Below are positions 1-13,200 of a DNA stretch of 43,641 bases, piece after piece; position 1 is the first letter of the stretch; the number at the start of each line of letters is the position of its first letter. Source of the DNA: Bipalium vagum (lineage: Eukaryota). The notes under the pieces were generated by a model. The model saw only the letters and a list, made by a program, of their open reading frames with translations. It did no database searches and had not been told where the DNA came from. The DNA is taken from NCBI GenBank assembly GCA_037834085.1, contig JBBMKC010229415.1:1-43641 (forward strand), written 5' to 3'. Made by a program: the position numbers and the translations under genes.

Positions 1-543
1 GTCATTTTATTTATAACTTGAATTATTAAAACAAACAGAACAAAAACACCAAATTACATACATATTACGTGCAATAGATTAAATATTAAAATGTAATAAA
101 TGTTAACCAATTTAAACATTTTTATAAAAATGTTTTTTTCTGTAAGCCTCATTTTTTTGTCCAGCTGTGTACGTGTTTTATATAATTACCTCATTTACTA
201 TGAATATATTTATTGCTTTAATAATATTTAATAAAAAATTATATTATTATTTCGTATAAAATTGTAAATTTTTTTATATTTTTAGAAATTGAAAAAAAAT
301 CAATTTATTATTTAAAAAAAAAACTATTTAATTATTTAATGATTATTTGATTTTTTATAATCATTTATAAAAAAAAATTTTTATTATCTCTTGATAACGA
401 AATTGGGGGGAGGGTGGTACCGTTATACTTCTAATCTATTAAAAACTGACACAAAACTATGTTAATAGTAATACTTTGGTTGAAATAAATAATATAATTG
501 TCCTATCTTCCTTCATTGTCCTAATTTTCTTTTGTTATTTTAG

Positions 544-3500
544 ATTAATGAAACCCCTCCGAAATTTGTTCAAATTCCACTGAAACTAGAAGCCATTGAA
601 AAGACAATTTCAAAACTCGACTTTAAAGTTGAAGGGTATCCAACACCAAAGATAACATGGCTTAAAGATGGTCATCCATTGACTTTTAGTTCAAGAATTA
701 AAGTAAATATTATTTTAAGAAAATTTTAAAAATAAATATTTTTAGTTGATTATCAACGAAAATGATATTTATTCTTTGGTATTTTGTCCACTGGAAATTG
801 AAGATAATGGCGAATATCAGTGTATAGCTCAAAACAAAAAAGGCAAAGATCATTTTGTTACAGAAATTTCAGTAGCATCAGCTCAAAAACTAACTCCACT
901 TAAATTTTTGAAAAAATTGACTCCAGTATGTGTTCAGTCAGGTACTCCTGCAACTTTTTTATGTGTAGTCGAAGGGTCTTTGCCAATTTCATATATATGG
1001 AAAAAAGATGGAAAGTAAAAACTAATTCCATGATTTTGACAGCTTTATTATTAATATCTTTTCATAAATGTTGCAGAATTATTTCTGATTGTCCAAAATT
1101 CATGATAGATAGTAATGAATATTCCAGTTCGCTAACTGTAGAAGAAACGGATAAATCAGATGTTGGATGGTATCAGTGTATTTGTACAAATGCCACAGGA
1201 AATATTTCATGCAACGCGAGGCTGAGTTTGAAAATAAGTAGGGTTTTATTATTTTTAAGTCTTATTTAATGTAATATTAGTTTAAATATTGCAAACAAAT
1301 TTTGATAAAAGTTCTCAAGACTAAAACCTTTTATTTATAAAAAAAATTTCAAACTATTTTCTCTAATTTCCCATCTGGTGTGATGATTTTGGGCTTTGTG
1401 GTTCATTCATATATCCATCCAATCAAAAAATGGCGGAGATACAATACCATATCCCAAAACTATATTCATTATAAAAGATATTTCCTCTATTAAAAAGTTG
1501 AGAAAGTTTTTTAAAATAAAATTTAAATATTAAAAATTAATTCAATTTTAAATGTGATTAAATATAATATTAGATTTAAATTTAGATTAAAAATTTCCAC
1601 TCTTTGTAAGAATTCATCTTAATATTGTATTATCTCCTTAATATATTAAATATTAGTGTTAAGAATAAAAGTATTAATTTTATTCTAATATTTAAATAAA
1701 AAATAAAGAATTTTTGGAATGTTTTACAAAATTTCACTATTCTTGGAAAATTCTCTAATAATAGCATAATATATTATGAATGTTAATGGATTAAATTTTC
1801 ATTTAATAATAAATTTGTCTAATATGATATAATAATAATTTAATTCTTTCAGTAAAACTAGAGCAACAATCAACTACTCCAGAATGGATGAAAAACATTC
1901 CAAAACCAAAAAAATCAATAAAGTAAAATTTTTAATATAAATTATTTTATTAACCTTTTTGTATATTATAGCTTAATCAAAAATGAAACTATTGTTCCTC
2001 TTACTACTGAACAAACTCCTCCATGTATTGTCAAAAGTCCTTCTGTATGCAAATCTGATATAGGCGGAATGGCAGTATTTACAGCTGAAGTAACTGGTTC
2101 ACCTGAGCCAGAAGTTACATGGTTATTGGGAGGCAAACCTTTGAATAAAGACAATCCTTTGTACGAAAAATGTATCATAGAATCAAATAATTTGTTTCAT
2201 AATTTGACGATCCAAAACTGTCAATTATTTGACAGTACTCGTGTTGATATTATTGCGAAAAATTGTAATGGAATAGATCGAGCAGACACAAGTCTTATTG
2301 TCTTTGCTAAACAAGAAAGAAAGCTCAGTCAACAATGTAACTAGAAATTAATAACAATTTAATAATATTCAACTAAATTTGATTATATAGCCAGTGGACA
2401 TTCTCGGTCAGCAAGTATTGATTCAAGAAGATCATCTGTTGATGGCAAACCTCCACTCTTCAAATCCATATTGCAATCAATAAAAGTAAACGATGGATGC
2501 CCTGCCATGTACATACATATTCAAATTATTAACTATTTAATGTTTCTTTTAGATTTCAAGCTGAATTTACCGGAAATCCTAAGCCGGAAATTAAATGGTA
2601 TCGCGATGATCAAGAAATTATATCAAATCCAAAATTCAATGTCAGCAACAAAATTAATATGTTATTTTAAAATAATTTTAATTCTAGATTAAAAAGTCCG
2701 ATAATAATACCACATTAGAAATAGAATCGGTTTCTGAAAACGATTGTGGAATATATTCTGTGAGAGCTACGAACTTTTTAGGCACAGCAATCACTAAAGG
2801 TCGACTGACTCTTTTACCGAGTATTCATACATTTATACATAAATTATTGAATGACTTAACGTATTGTAGAACAAGAAGTGCCAGCCGCTCCAAAAATTCT
2901 GAAACCATTTAACAATGTTCTCATCAAAGAAAATCAGAAATTAGTATTAATTGCCCAAACTAATATTGATAAAGGTAACAAAAAATATTACATTGATTAA
3001 TTTTATTTATTAATTTCAACTTCTTTAAAAGTGTTCAAGTAAATATATTTTGTTCTAATATATTAGTACAGATGCATAACAATAAAATCAAAATTATTGA
3101 AAATTTTACACAAAATCTTTAAAATTAATCAATCTGAGTGATTAATCAGCGATTAATCCTGTCCTCCCATTTACAGAAGACTGTGCCAATTCTGTGAAGA
3201 AATTGTATCTAAAAAGGTAGGAACAACATCTAACTCTTCTTCTATCGCAAATTTTTTGCCCTGAAATTTTTTTGCTGATTTTTGAATAGCTAAAAATCAC
3301 ACACTAGTTACTTTGGCCTCGCGTGATGAAAGATTATTGTGAAAATATACCCAGGTCTCATCATCAGTTGCCAATCGATTGAAAAATGTCCGGACCATCC
3401 AATTGAAACTTGTTCAGGTTCCCTTTGCACATTCTCATACGTATCTCCATTTGTTCGACAGTCAGAGTATGGGGCACCAACTGAACAAAAAGAGGTCTAT

Positions 3501-6500
3501 GGCCTAGATACTTAAGGAGAATATTGTGAATTTTTTCTCTCGAAATTTTCAGTATTTCTGTTATCTGATCCAAATTTATCAAATCTCGAACTGGGGTCAC
3601 ATTTTTATCCGCAGCCACTTCTGTTTGGCGACCGGGTCGCAGTAGGTCATGAAAAACACTCCTACCCATCCGAAATTGACTAAACCAATTCGTAACAGAA
3701 GAACATTTAACAGCTATTAATCTTGTTGGTGGAGTCTATTGCGGAAAGATTCTTTTTGAACCAATAAACTACTATTACTCTTATATCTCTGAAGTTGAAC
3801 ATCATACTTTCTTCTATCATTCCTAAAATTGATTATTTAAAACAAATATTATATCATTAAAAATCATTTGGTCGCTTCAACGCTAAAGACTTTTCATCTA
3901 TACTACATCTGTATATAAATCAGTTGCAAAAGTCAACGGAAACATTTCAAATAGTTTAATATTTGACAGTAACTCAACTTTTACAAAAATATTTAATTTC
4001 CATAGAAAATGGAGTTCTGAATCAAATTGACCTTTCCGGGTTATCAATGATAATTTCCCATATTTTATCTTTGCTTGATGATGGTTTTGAATAATATAAT
4101 ATAATCTAATCGTTTCATATCTGATTTATTTTTTGTATGTTTATTGGTCCTTTCTCGTGTAAATGAGTTGGCAGAGTTTAACTGACTTTATTTGTTTGAA
4201 TATTTATATGTTAAACTTTTCAGATTATTCCACAAATTGGTATTTCAATGATCAAGAGTTATTCCCGAATAAGAATATCAGTTATTCATCAAGGCTAAAT
4301 GTCCACACATTAGTTATTGACAAAGTTAAAACAACCAACAGTGGAGTTTACAGATTTAATATTAAAAATGTTGCTGGAGAAGATGTTTGTGAGAATATAG
4401 TCACCGTGGAAGAACCGAAGATCAATCATCCACCTAAATTTATTAGAGACTTAGAAAAGACAGTTAATGTTAAAGAAGGGGATTCGGTGAAATTGTTGGC
4501 TGAAGTGGATGGTTTTCCAGTTCCTGGTATTGAGTGGTACAAAAACGGAATATTGATTGAAAAAAATCCAGATTATAAAGTAATGAAAAATGTGAATAAA
4601 TGTATATTAAATCTGACCCTTAGGTATTTCGAGACGGCAAAGTTGTATCATTGTACATTCATGAAACATTTGTTGATGACACTGGTGATTATTGTCTGAT
4701 TGCTAAAAACCAATTTGGTAATATAAAATCAACATCTCACCTCAATGTTATAAGTAAATATAATTTCTGTGGTAAATATTTGATTTCCACCGTCCCTTGT
4801 TCAGTGTCTACGGAAGACTCAGAATCTACAGCACAACCATTACAAAGTCCAATAATTGTAGAAAAACCAAAACCGGTAACAGTTAATGTGAACAAATCCG
4901 TAATATTTGAAGCAAAAGTTATAGGATTTCCGGGTAAATTGACAGTAATAATGTTATGTGAACTAATAGAATATTTAGTGCCTGAAATTAATTGGTATCA
5001 TGGAGAAGTATTGATAGAAGAATGTGAACGTTTTTTCATTGAAAGGAAAGATCATGAAATAAGCAAGTTAATAATAAACTCTGCCGAAATACAGGACGCC
5101 GGAACGTATACGATTAAAGCAGTTAACAGTGTTGGAGAGGCTCATTTTGATACTTCACTGACTGTAGAATTGGTTGATCAACAATCTACAAATGAGAATC
5201 CAAGGTTTATAAGAAAGCTACCCGTATCGTTAACCGTCAAAGAAGGTGAACCGTGCAAATTACTAGTGGACGTAGTCGGAAATCCTAAACCTACTCTGGA
5301 TTGGTATAAAAATGGAATATTGATTGAAAATATGCCAGACTATCAGGTAAATTTCCACAGCTTGGCATTTGTTTTTAGTGGACAATTTTGTGGAAATCTA
5401 TTGAGAGACAGAATTTAGACATTAAAATTTATTTTACCTTTTCAGTTGTTTGTTGACGGCAATGTCCACAGCTTATATATCAAAGAGTCATTTCAAGATG
5501 ATAGTTCGAGATATTCGGCGGTTGCGCATAATGAGTTCGGCAAAATTCAGTGTGACACTGATCTCATTGTTACAAGTTTGTTTTGTTTACTTTCACTGCT
5601 TATTGAATATTAACTAATTTCGCAGCGGATTACACTTCATCAACAAGGAGTTCTATCACTGTTACAGAGGAAGTAGAACTGATGGCTCCCAGGATTGTTA
5701 AGCAACTACCGAACACATTGTCATTATCGCCTGATACAAAGCAATGCCAGTAAGCTTTTAATTTTTTATTTGATGTTAAGACCTGCTTTCTATTTCAGAT
5801 TAACTTGTCAGGTGATTGGGTCTCCAAAACCAAAATTGACATGGTATTTCAACAGTCTCCTAATTGAGTCTGGTGATAAGTATATGGTCGAAGAAACAGA
5901 AGATGGACAAACCACTCTAACCATTTGCAATATGAGTCCAGCTGACAATGGTGATTACATTTTACGTGCTGACAACGACATTGGAGTGGCAATGACAAGA
6001 TCGGTTTTGACAGTTGATGTTCCCGAGATGTTGGAATTCAAGCAACGTCTACCAGAAAAATTGCAAGTTAAATTGAAAGATTCTTTGAACATTTCTTGTG
6101 AATTAGTTCCAACAAATGAACCGGTGTCATTGACATGGTACGTCAATGGAATTGAGTTGAAGAGTTCTGAAAAGACTTACCAAATTACAATGGGAAAGTT
6201 TTCTTCTCACTTATTCATAAAAGAAGTTAATGAAAATCATTTCGGGGAAATTAGTGTTGAAGCTGAGAGCAAATACGGAAAACTGGTTTCGACATGTGTG
6301 CTAGAAATGATACCGTTTGAAGTCGAAGATGAAACCAATATGTTTACTAATGAATTGGCAATTCCAATTTTCATTAAACCTTTGAAACCTCAACAAATTT
6401 ATCAACCTTCGCAACGAGCACAAATGGACGTTGAAATTAGATCACTCGAACCTGTAGAGTTCAATTGGTATCTGAATGGAATTAAGCTTGAATCGAACTT

Positions 6501-9500
6501 AAAACACGAAATAATTGTGGCTTCAAATAATTGTAAATCTGAGCTTATCGTCAACCATCTCGATCAAGATGACATTGCAAATTATACATGTGAAGTTATT
6601 ACGGAAACTGGAAAAAGGATTATTACAACAACTCACATTGATTTAATACATGCACCAGAATTACCAGATGAGACTCAGGAAGCTACATTAACTACTAACC
6701 TGAAATTTAAGAAACCATTACCAAAGAAAATAGTCGTTGAAAAGGATTCTACCCTGGTTTTTGAAAGTGAAGTTGTTCCAATTATTCAACCAATTGAATT
6801 CAGTTGGTATTTGAACGAAGAAAAAATAACAAATAAGCCTTCAGAAGTGGAAATCAATACATCTCCTGATGGATATCAGTGTGAGTTGATCATTCATAAT
6901 ACACCGATTTCGGATAACGCTGTTTTGAGAGTGGAAGTAGAATCTCAAAAAGAAACAATCAAATCTGTATGTGATGTAATTATTAAGCCGACTTATCAAG
7001 AAACTATGCAAATAAATCCACAATTTATAAAAAGCCTACCAAAGCAAATAGCTATTGCTGACCAAGAGTATCAAATTGTAGAATGTGAAGTTGAAGAAAT
7101 GAATGAAGACGTTGAGTTCAAGTGGTATGCTGACGAGAAAGAGTTATACAATAATGATCAAGTATCTATTCAGAAATTGAACAACAAAAGTGAAATTGAA
7201 ATCAGCACAGACCTAATGAAATCTATAAAGGAATTAAAAATCGAAGCCATCTATCCACGCACAACGATCAGTAGTATTTCCGAAGTCGTGGACGAAACAA
7301 AGGGTTCAGAAGATGTTATACCAATTTCGAGAAATGCTGTTACTTTTGTACAGTCATTAGACAGCTTAATTCATGTACCAGAATATCACGCAACAATGTT
7401 AGAATGTTGGGTTTCGAGTCATTTACCGACCCACATTGATTGGATAATAGATGGAAAAAAGGTTGAAATCAGTGAAGATATTGGTGTAGTTAATTATATA
7501 AATAAAAGTCAATTAATATTGAATGAATTTGATAATACCAAAGAGGTTCGTGCTCAAATTAGTATTACTTCCAATGAAGAGAAACCAACTATTTTAGCCG
7601 AATCAATTGCGAACATTAGTTTACCAAAACCAATTACCGTCGAAGATCAACCAGAACAGAAAATTGCTGAGGCTCAAATTAAACCAATTATCGTAACTCA
7701 TTTATCAGATGTTAGTGTTTATGATGGTCAAGCCGTAGAAATGGTTTGTGAAGTTGATGGAGAAATGCCACTTAATGTCACTTGGTTCCACGATGAGGAA
7801 AACGTTACTCATGTTGAAGATTTCCAAATTAATTTCAACCCAGAACAAAAGTTAGCCAGTTTAATAATTAAAGAAGTCTTTCCTGATGATGATGGCCTAT
7901 ATCGATGTGTTGTGTCTAATTCACACGGTAAAGCTCAGTCTGTGGCTTGTCTTCGCGTTAAAGATAATACTGAAATGGAAAAACAGTCGGACGAGAGTAT
8001 GAAAACTTCCCAAGAGGTTGTTGAGTTGAAAACAGAGGAATCAGTTCAAAAACCCGAAGAAAACACTGAAATAGAGGATCAAATACAATCGGAAATTATG
8101 GAATCGTCAAATGAAAATTTTGAAATAATCAATACGACTGATTCAACGGATAGTGCAGAATATCAAGGTGGAAAATCCGAAAATATTATTGATTCAGAGT
8201 TAGTTTTCATTGAGACTACTGAACTGAATGAAGAATTTACGATATCACTGGACGAGGAAACTGAAGAAGTTGAAGAAAATGGACACGTGTTGATTGGAAG
8301 TGATGAAGTTAAGGCTTTAACTTTCAAAGCTGATTTGGAACCAGATGTAACAAAATTCGTTGGGGAAACTTTGAAGTATGTTTATTCGCATTTTACTGAT
8401 TTTTATAATTGGAAAAATAATAAATATTATATTTCTTAATATCACTTAATTATAAGAAATCAAAATACCTTAGTAATTAATTTCAATAATTAATAAAAAT
8501 CTTAACTCAACTATTAAATTAAATAAAGAATATTAAATCTGTGTTAGTATTGATTCATGTGAAAATAATAAAAATAGTTCTTTTTAAGGGTAATAAAAAA
8601 ATTATATTATAATAAAATAAAATAAATAATAAAATTTTTAATATAATTAAAAAAATATTATTATATATTATAATAATTCTTGTGAAGGGAAATGATATTC
8701 TTAAAAGTATGAACTTGCTGATAATCTCTGGACTTGTATGTTTTTATGACAACTTTGATTTTAACAATTCGTCTTTCTGGTTTTTTAATCTTTATTAATT
8801 TTGAAAATGATCATATTTTTTTTCAGTTTTTAAAGGTTTTTTCGGTTAATTTGATCTAAAAAATATTGGCTCTTTTTTATCCTGAATATATTGATTTATA
8901 GATTTTCATGGTCGGATTTTTTAAGTTTCTATCAAAGTACGTATAATTAATTATGATTCAAACTTTTTTAATTTGATCTTTATTCTTTCATAGATATCTT
9001 AATCTTTCAAATTATTATTTTTAACCTGGTTAAAAAAGCTTGTATTAACTGAAATCGCATTGTGGTAATTAATTCATAATTAATTATAATAAATACTCGT
9101 GATAGATGTTGATCATTAAGTTAATATAGTTTTAGATCTTCAAAATTATTTATATTATATTTGAAATAATTTATATCTGTTCGGGACAATAAATTTCATA
9201 ATTATTTTATAATTCTCATCATCATTTATCATCCTTAATCATTTGATTGAGATGTTTCTCGTTGAATTTCCAGGTCGTTTCCAATCAATTTTTTCGGATT
9301 CTGATATTCTTTCTGATCTGTTCGTCTCTTATTAATTCTATACTCATGGAAAAAAGTAAAAAGCACCCTAAAATTCTAAATAATTGTTATATATATAACT
9401 TTAATTTTCCACAGCAAAGTTCTAATGATCATACTATTGTCTACATTTTTTTATAACTTCTTATATATTTTTATTTTATTTTTAAAATCTTTAAAATATA

Positions 9501-10270
9501 TAATCTTCAAAAACTATTAAATTAGTTTGGAATGCTGTTATGAATGCAGAGGACCATCTACTGTGAAATGGACATTGGATGATGTTGAATTAATTGAGTC
9601 TCCCAGAATACATATGGCACTTATATCTCCAGTTCACATATGTACTTTAACTGTGATGGATCTTAATGAAGATGATACTGGTGAATATATGTGTACCATT
9701 CAGTCTGATGATGACAAAATTGAAACATCAACATTTGTTACTGTTTTATCATCGGGTATTTATTATTTACATTTTACATGTTTATATATTAACAATTCAT
9801 TTCAGAAAAAGATCATGAAATTTCCCAAGTGGAAACAATATTGAAATCTGATCTTGCAGAAAATTCTGAGAAACGTTTAGTTGACGACGTTGAAGTATCC
9901 TTTACCTTCATTGAAGATATTGCAGAGGACAATGAGAATAAGATTCCGGAAGAAGACTTTGAAATTTCTGTAGAAGTAGCCGAAGCACCAACTTTCATTA
10001 TTGATTTGACACCAGTAAATGTCAAGGATGGTGAAAAATTTGAACTTTTTTGTAAATTTAAAGCAACACCAATGCCTCAAAAGACAGTTTGGTATCATAA
10101 CAATGAAATCATACAATCAAATGAAGATATCAATCTTTATTATGATATAAGTACTGGAGAATGTCAATTAAATATTTCAAAAGCTTTCCAGGAAGATGCA
10201 GGACTTTATAAATGTGTAGCAAGAAATAATTATGGAATTGCCGAAACGGAAACTGAAGTGATTGTTGATG
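544..10270 (+). other. N-terminal tandem I-set Ig region (about 17 Ig), I-band/kettin-like
   Basis: Consecutive Ig domains, e.g. PPKFVQIP..EGYPTPKITWLKDG..EDNGEYQCIAQNKKG and KPIIVTHLSDV..VTWFHD..EVFPDDDGLYRCVVSNSHG; no Fn3 motifs in this stretch. Confidence 0.88.
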
Positions 10271-13200
10271 AATGTGAATCTGTTTCGGATGATATACAAG
10301 AAGAAATTGTGTGTGAGATAAAACCATCTAAAGGAAATGAGTTGACAAAAACTGAAAGTGAAGTGAAAGTGGATTCTCAACAAGTTTCCCTGGATAAAAT
10401 AAGATCTCTTGCTACTCAATTTGAAGAAATTTACTCCGAAAACATCCTGACACAAGAAATAGAGGAAATTCAATTACCTACAGAAATTGTTGAATTAGAA
10501 GAATGTGAATTAAACGATATTTTAAAACCAAGTCACAAAGTCACTTTTTCTGAATCTGTAATAATGGAAGTATATTCACCCAGGAGCTCATTAACATCGA
10601 CTTACGAAGATGTTTATATAGTAGAAGGAGAAGATATGAATATATTAAAATTTCGAGAATCCGATGTTATTAGTGAAATGGAAGAATCTTGTATATCCGA
10701 TTCTGGATTAGAAGAATATTCAATGATTGATCATCCTGAAATTTTAGAAATTGAAATTCCAGAAGAACTTGTTGTCAATAGTTCAGATGAACCTAAAATA
10801 TTGAAATCTACAAAAATGATAACATTTAATGTTGATAAAGAAGTTAAAAGAGATGATGTGAAAAATCAGACCTTTGTGGCAGAATGTAAATCAGATGAAC
10901 TTAAATTTGCCGAAAGTACTTCATTTGAAGAAATGTTAGACGACAAAGTTAATGTTTTTGAAATATCTGAATCCAAGGAAATAAAAGAGACATTTGAGGC
11001 AAATCTTGATTTTCAAGAAATATTGACAGAATCAAATGCGTTAGAAATTGTGAAAGAATGTAGCATTTATGATGTGCTGGATATAGCTGATGGTAATGAA
11101 GTGGAATCCCCACAAATGAAAACTACGGACTCTATTGTTGAACTAGATGAAATGAATTTTAAACCAGAATTTTGTGTAAATGAAACCGTATTCGAAAAAG
11201 ATATGACAGTAAATATTATGATTACAAAAGTTGAAAATGTAGAGAAAACAAATGAAGAAAGATTAGATGTTATTGAAGAAAGTGAAACTCATGATAAAAT
11301 AGGAGAAATAGGTATAGAAAGACCAGTTGAAATTAATATTGGTGAATGTAGTGAAATTAAAGAAATAATACCTACTGATTTAGAAATGAAGCACAAGGAA
11401 TCTGTTGAAGAAATAACTCTGGAAAAGATATCAGAGATAACTGTTGCCGAACTAGATGACATGGAAGAAATAATAATTGAGGAATTGGAAGATCAATTTG
11501 ATGAAACTGATAAACAAGTTGATATAATTGAATATCAAGATGAAAAACCAACAGAAATATGCATAATTGGACATGATGATATTCAAGAAGTGGGAATTAG
11601 TGAGTCGCAAATTGATATAATAGCAAAAAAACAAGATGATTGTTATAAAGATAAAATATCAGAATTAATAATACAAGATATTGCCTCACATGCAGATATA
11701 ATAGAAAATAATGTAGTGGTTTTTAAAAATCTTGGTGAAAATCAGAAGCAGGAGAAGAACATCGATATAAATATGGAGAAAGCATTAGAAATAAAATTTG
11801 CAGAGCAGTCTGAATTTAAAGAAGAATATTTAACAGGTGAAACGCAAATCGACATAGAAGAAAACCGACCAAATAAATCTGTTGTTGAAATTAAACTAGA
11901 GAAAAATGTAACTATGAATATTATTGAACAAGTAGAAAATGTCGAAGAAATAGTTCAAAAAGATTTAGTTAGCATCAAACCTAATTTAATTCAAGAGAAA
12001 ACCACAGAAATAATCATAGAAAAACCAAAGGAAATTAATATTGCTGAACAATATGAAATAAAAGATGAGATTTTAGCAACTGGTATAGAAATTGAAAACA
12101 TAGAAATTGAACGTAATGAATCCATTGTAGAAATCTTTTTGGAAAAAGAATTAGAGGTTACTGCTGTTGAACAAGGAGATATTATTGAAGAAATAATAAT
12201 TGAGGAAATGGAAGATCAATTTGAAGATGGTGATAAACAGGTGGATATAATTGAATATAAACCCGAAAAACCATCAGAAATAAACATAGTTGAACAAGTC
12301 GATATCATGGAAGTAGCAGTCAATGAAGCACACATTGACAGTGTAGAATTTAAACAAGATACAATTGAAGAATTGAATATTGACAATAATGAATCAAGTG
12401 AAAATAAACTGGAAGATGACGTAGATACCTATGAAAATCTTAGTGAAGTTCAAAAGAAAGAAAAAACAGTCGATCAGGGCATGAAGCGAGCAATAGAAAT
12501 ACAGTTACCGGAAGAAATCAAAACTAAAGAGGATGCAATATTCGATTTAAAAATTGAAATTCAGGCAAATAAACCTTTAGAAAATGTGGTTGAAATCAAA
12601 AGTGAAATGATAAAAGTTGAATTGAATCAAAAAGATTTAGAAATAACAACTGTTGAGCAAGAAGATTTAGAAGAAATAATAATAGAGGAATTAGAAGATC
12701 AGTTTGAAGAAAATGAAAAACAATGTAGTATCATTGAATATGAAGATATTAAGGAAATGGAAAAAAATCTGGCTGAACAAACAGAAATAAAAGAAGAACT
12801 AACAATAAGCGAAATGAACATTGATGTTGAAGAGAGGAAATTGAAAGAATCATTAATAGACATAATAACAGAAAAAAGCATAATAATAGCTCCTGAACAA
12901 AGAGAGATCTCTAAAGAGGAAGGATCAGAAATAATAAATGAAGAAAAAGAGGAATATGTTGAGAGTGATATTGTAATAGATAAAAATAAAGAAATTGGAC
13001 ATGTCAGTGAAAGGATCGAAATTTGTGATTCAGAAAGTATTAAAGAATCAAATGAAAATATTAACGTCATAAATCTTAAACCAGATTTGGAAAGAAACAT
13101 ATTCGAAATAGAAACAACTATGTTAATAACTGACAAAAATATGCAGACCATAAAGATAGTTACATCAAAATCATCAGAAAAAATAAATATGTTAGTAGCC

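Noticed and set aside
1370-1470. YY1-like AAAATGGCGG in intron 3 as an internal promoter
   Set aside because: A single short motif with no linked exon or other support.
8680-9360. Possible nested gene or transposon in the 1,150-nt intron (ORF 9247-9456, short minus-strand frames, palindrome TTAACCTGGTTAA)
   Set aside because: No recognisable motif, termini or splice chain. It may be old TE debris, but I cannot support that.
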